Shown piece after piece: positions 63,261 to 64,000 of a DNA stretch of 64,000 nucleotides (positions are counted from its first letter, which is position 1; every line of letters starts with the position of its first letter). A model generated the notes under the pieces. It searched no databases. It was not told the origin of the DNA and saw only the letters and a list, made by a program, of their open reading frames with translations. The translations under genes and the position numbers were made by a program. This DNA is from the human T2T-CHM13v2.0 reference genome, Homo sapiens: assembly GCF_009914755.1 (NCBI RefSeq), contig NC_060928.1; one strand, given 5' to 3'.

Positions 63261-64000
63261 AGCAAAATTAGGTAGTTTTCTTGTAAATTTATAGAAGATT
63301 ATCATGAGGTAATAGAATCCTATGGCTGGGCATAGCCTTAGAAATTCATCTGAAAAACCACCTCACCGTGTTTCTGCTGTTTGACCTTTCCATTTTTCTT
63401 TAAGAAAGATTTCTCTTCTATTACCCAGTACCTTCAGCCAAAGGAACTGGACCATTTTTATTCAAATGCCACCCTGAATATTCATGTGTATTTCTGTTGC
63501 TGAATTATCTACCTGCTCCTTTCCATCTGAAATGTAAATTCTTGGGATGTTGCTCCCCAGTAAATGTTATCTCAGTTTTGACAGGAGGCTGTATTCCTGG
63601 TTCCTGGGGATTGACTGTCATAGTATTCCTGGTCCCTGTCAGTTAGGGAAGGGACTGGTTGTGGAATTCATGAATGAAATTGTTTTCTAAAAAATATATA
63701 GTCTGTCATATTCCTGGGCTACATCAGGGAAAACAAAAACCAAAAACTTCCCTTCGGAGTCACTTGTGAGCTATTGGATACTTGCTTGCAAGGTATCATT
63801 TGTCCTATACACCCTTAAGTACCCAAGTTAGGAAGTCACTATCTGTGGGCTTTGGACCCCTCCACTTTCAGTGGCAGCATGTGCCACCTTTGGTCTCTGA
63901 GGGGTAAAAGATTTTTTAAAAAATCGAGCTAATTTTAAACATTAGACCTTTCCCTGTAAGATCTACCTATTAATACTGGTTCCTTGAAGAAAGAAATGCT

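Noticed and set aside
63591-63638. 16-bp direct repeat gtattcctggtYcctg with 32-bp period
   Set aside because: Only two copies; not an array and no functional hint

Overview
Primate (almost certainly human) genomic DNA: AT-rich, non-coding and dominated by interspersed repeats. It holds about 26 Alu-family insertions, a full-length ~6.14 kb L1PA3-like LINE-1 on the minus strand (TSD-flanked, ORF1 and ORF2 both inactivated), older L1/L2/MIR fragments, hAT DNA-transposon MITEs (MER3, MER20, MER115, MER58A, MER1B), MaLR/ERVL solo LTRs and a tRNA-headed MamSINE1-like element. I cannot recognise a host protein-coding exon or name the locus. Several strong + strand splice signals and the antisense full-length L1 suggest, by inference only, an intron of a + strand gene. 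Best leads: a 117-bp tandem duplication carrying two RFX X-box-like palindromes with symmetric substitutions; two candidate cassette exons, each bracketed by convergent Alus, one with a UG tract at its 3' splice site; an extended open L1 ORF0 plus a retained 129-bp ZNF93-target segment; a dispersed ~100-bp duplication split by an Alu; and a trimeric Alu. I found no evidence of a novel multi-gene system. Repeat names come from recalled consensus sequences, not a search, and boundaries are approximate.
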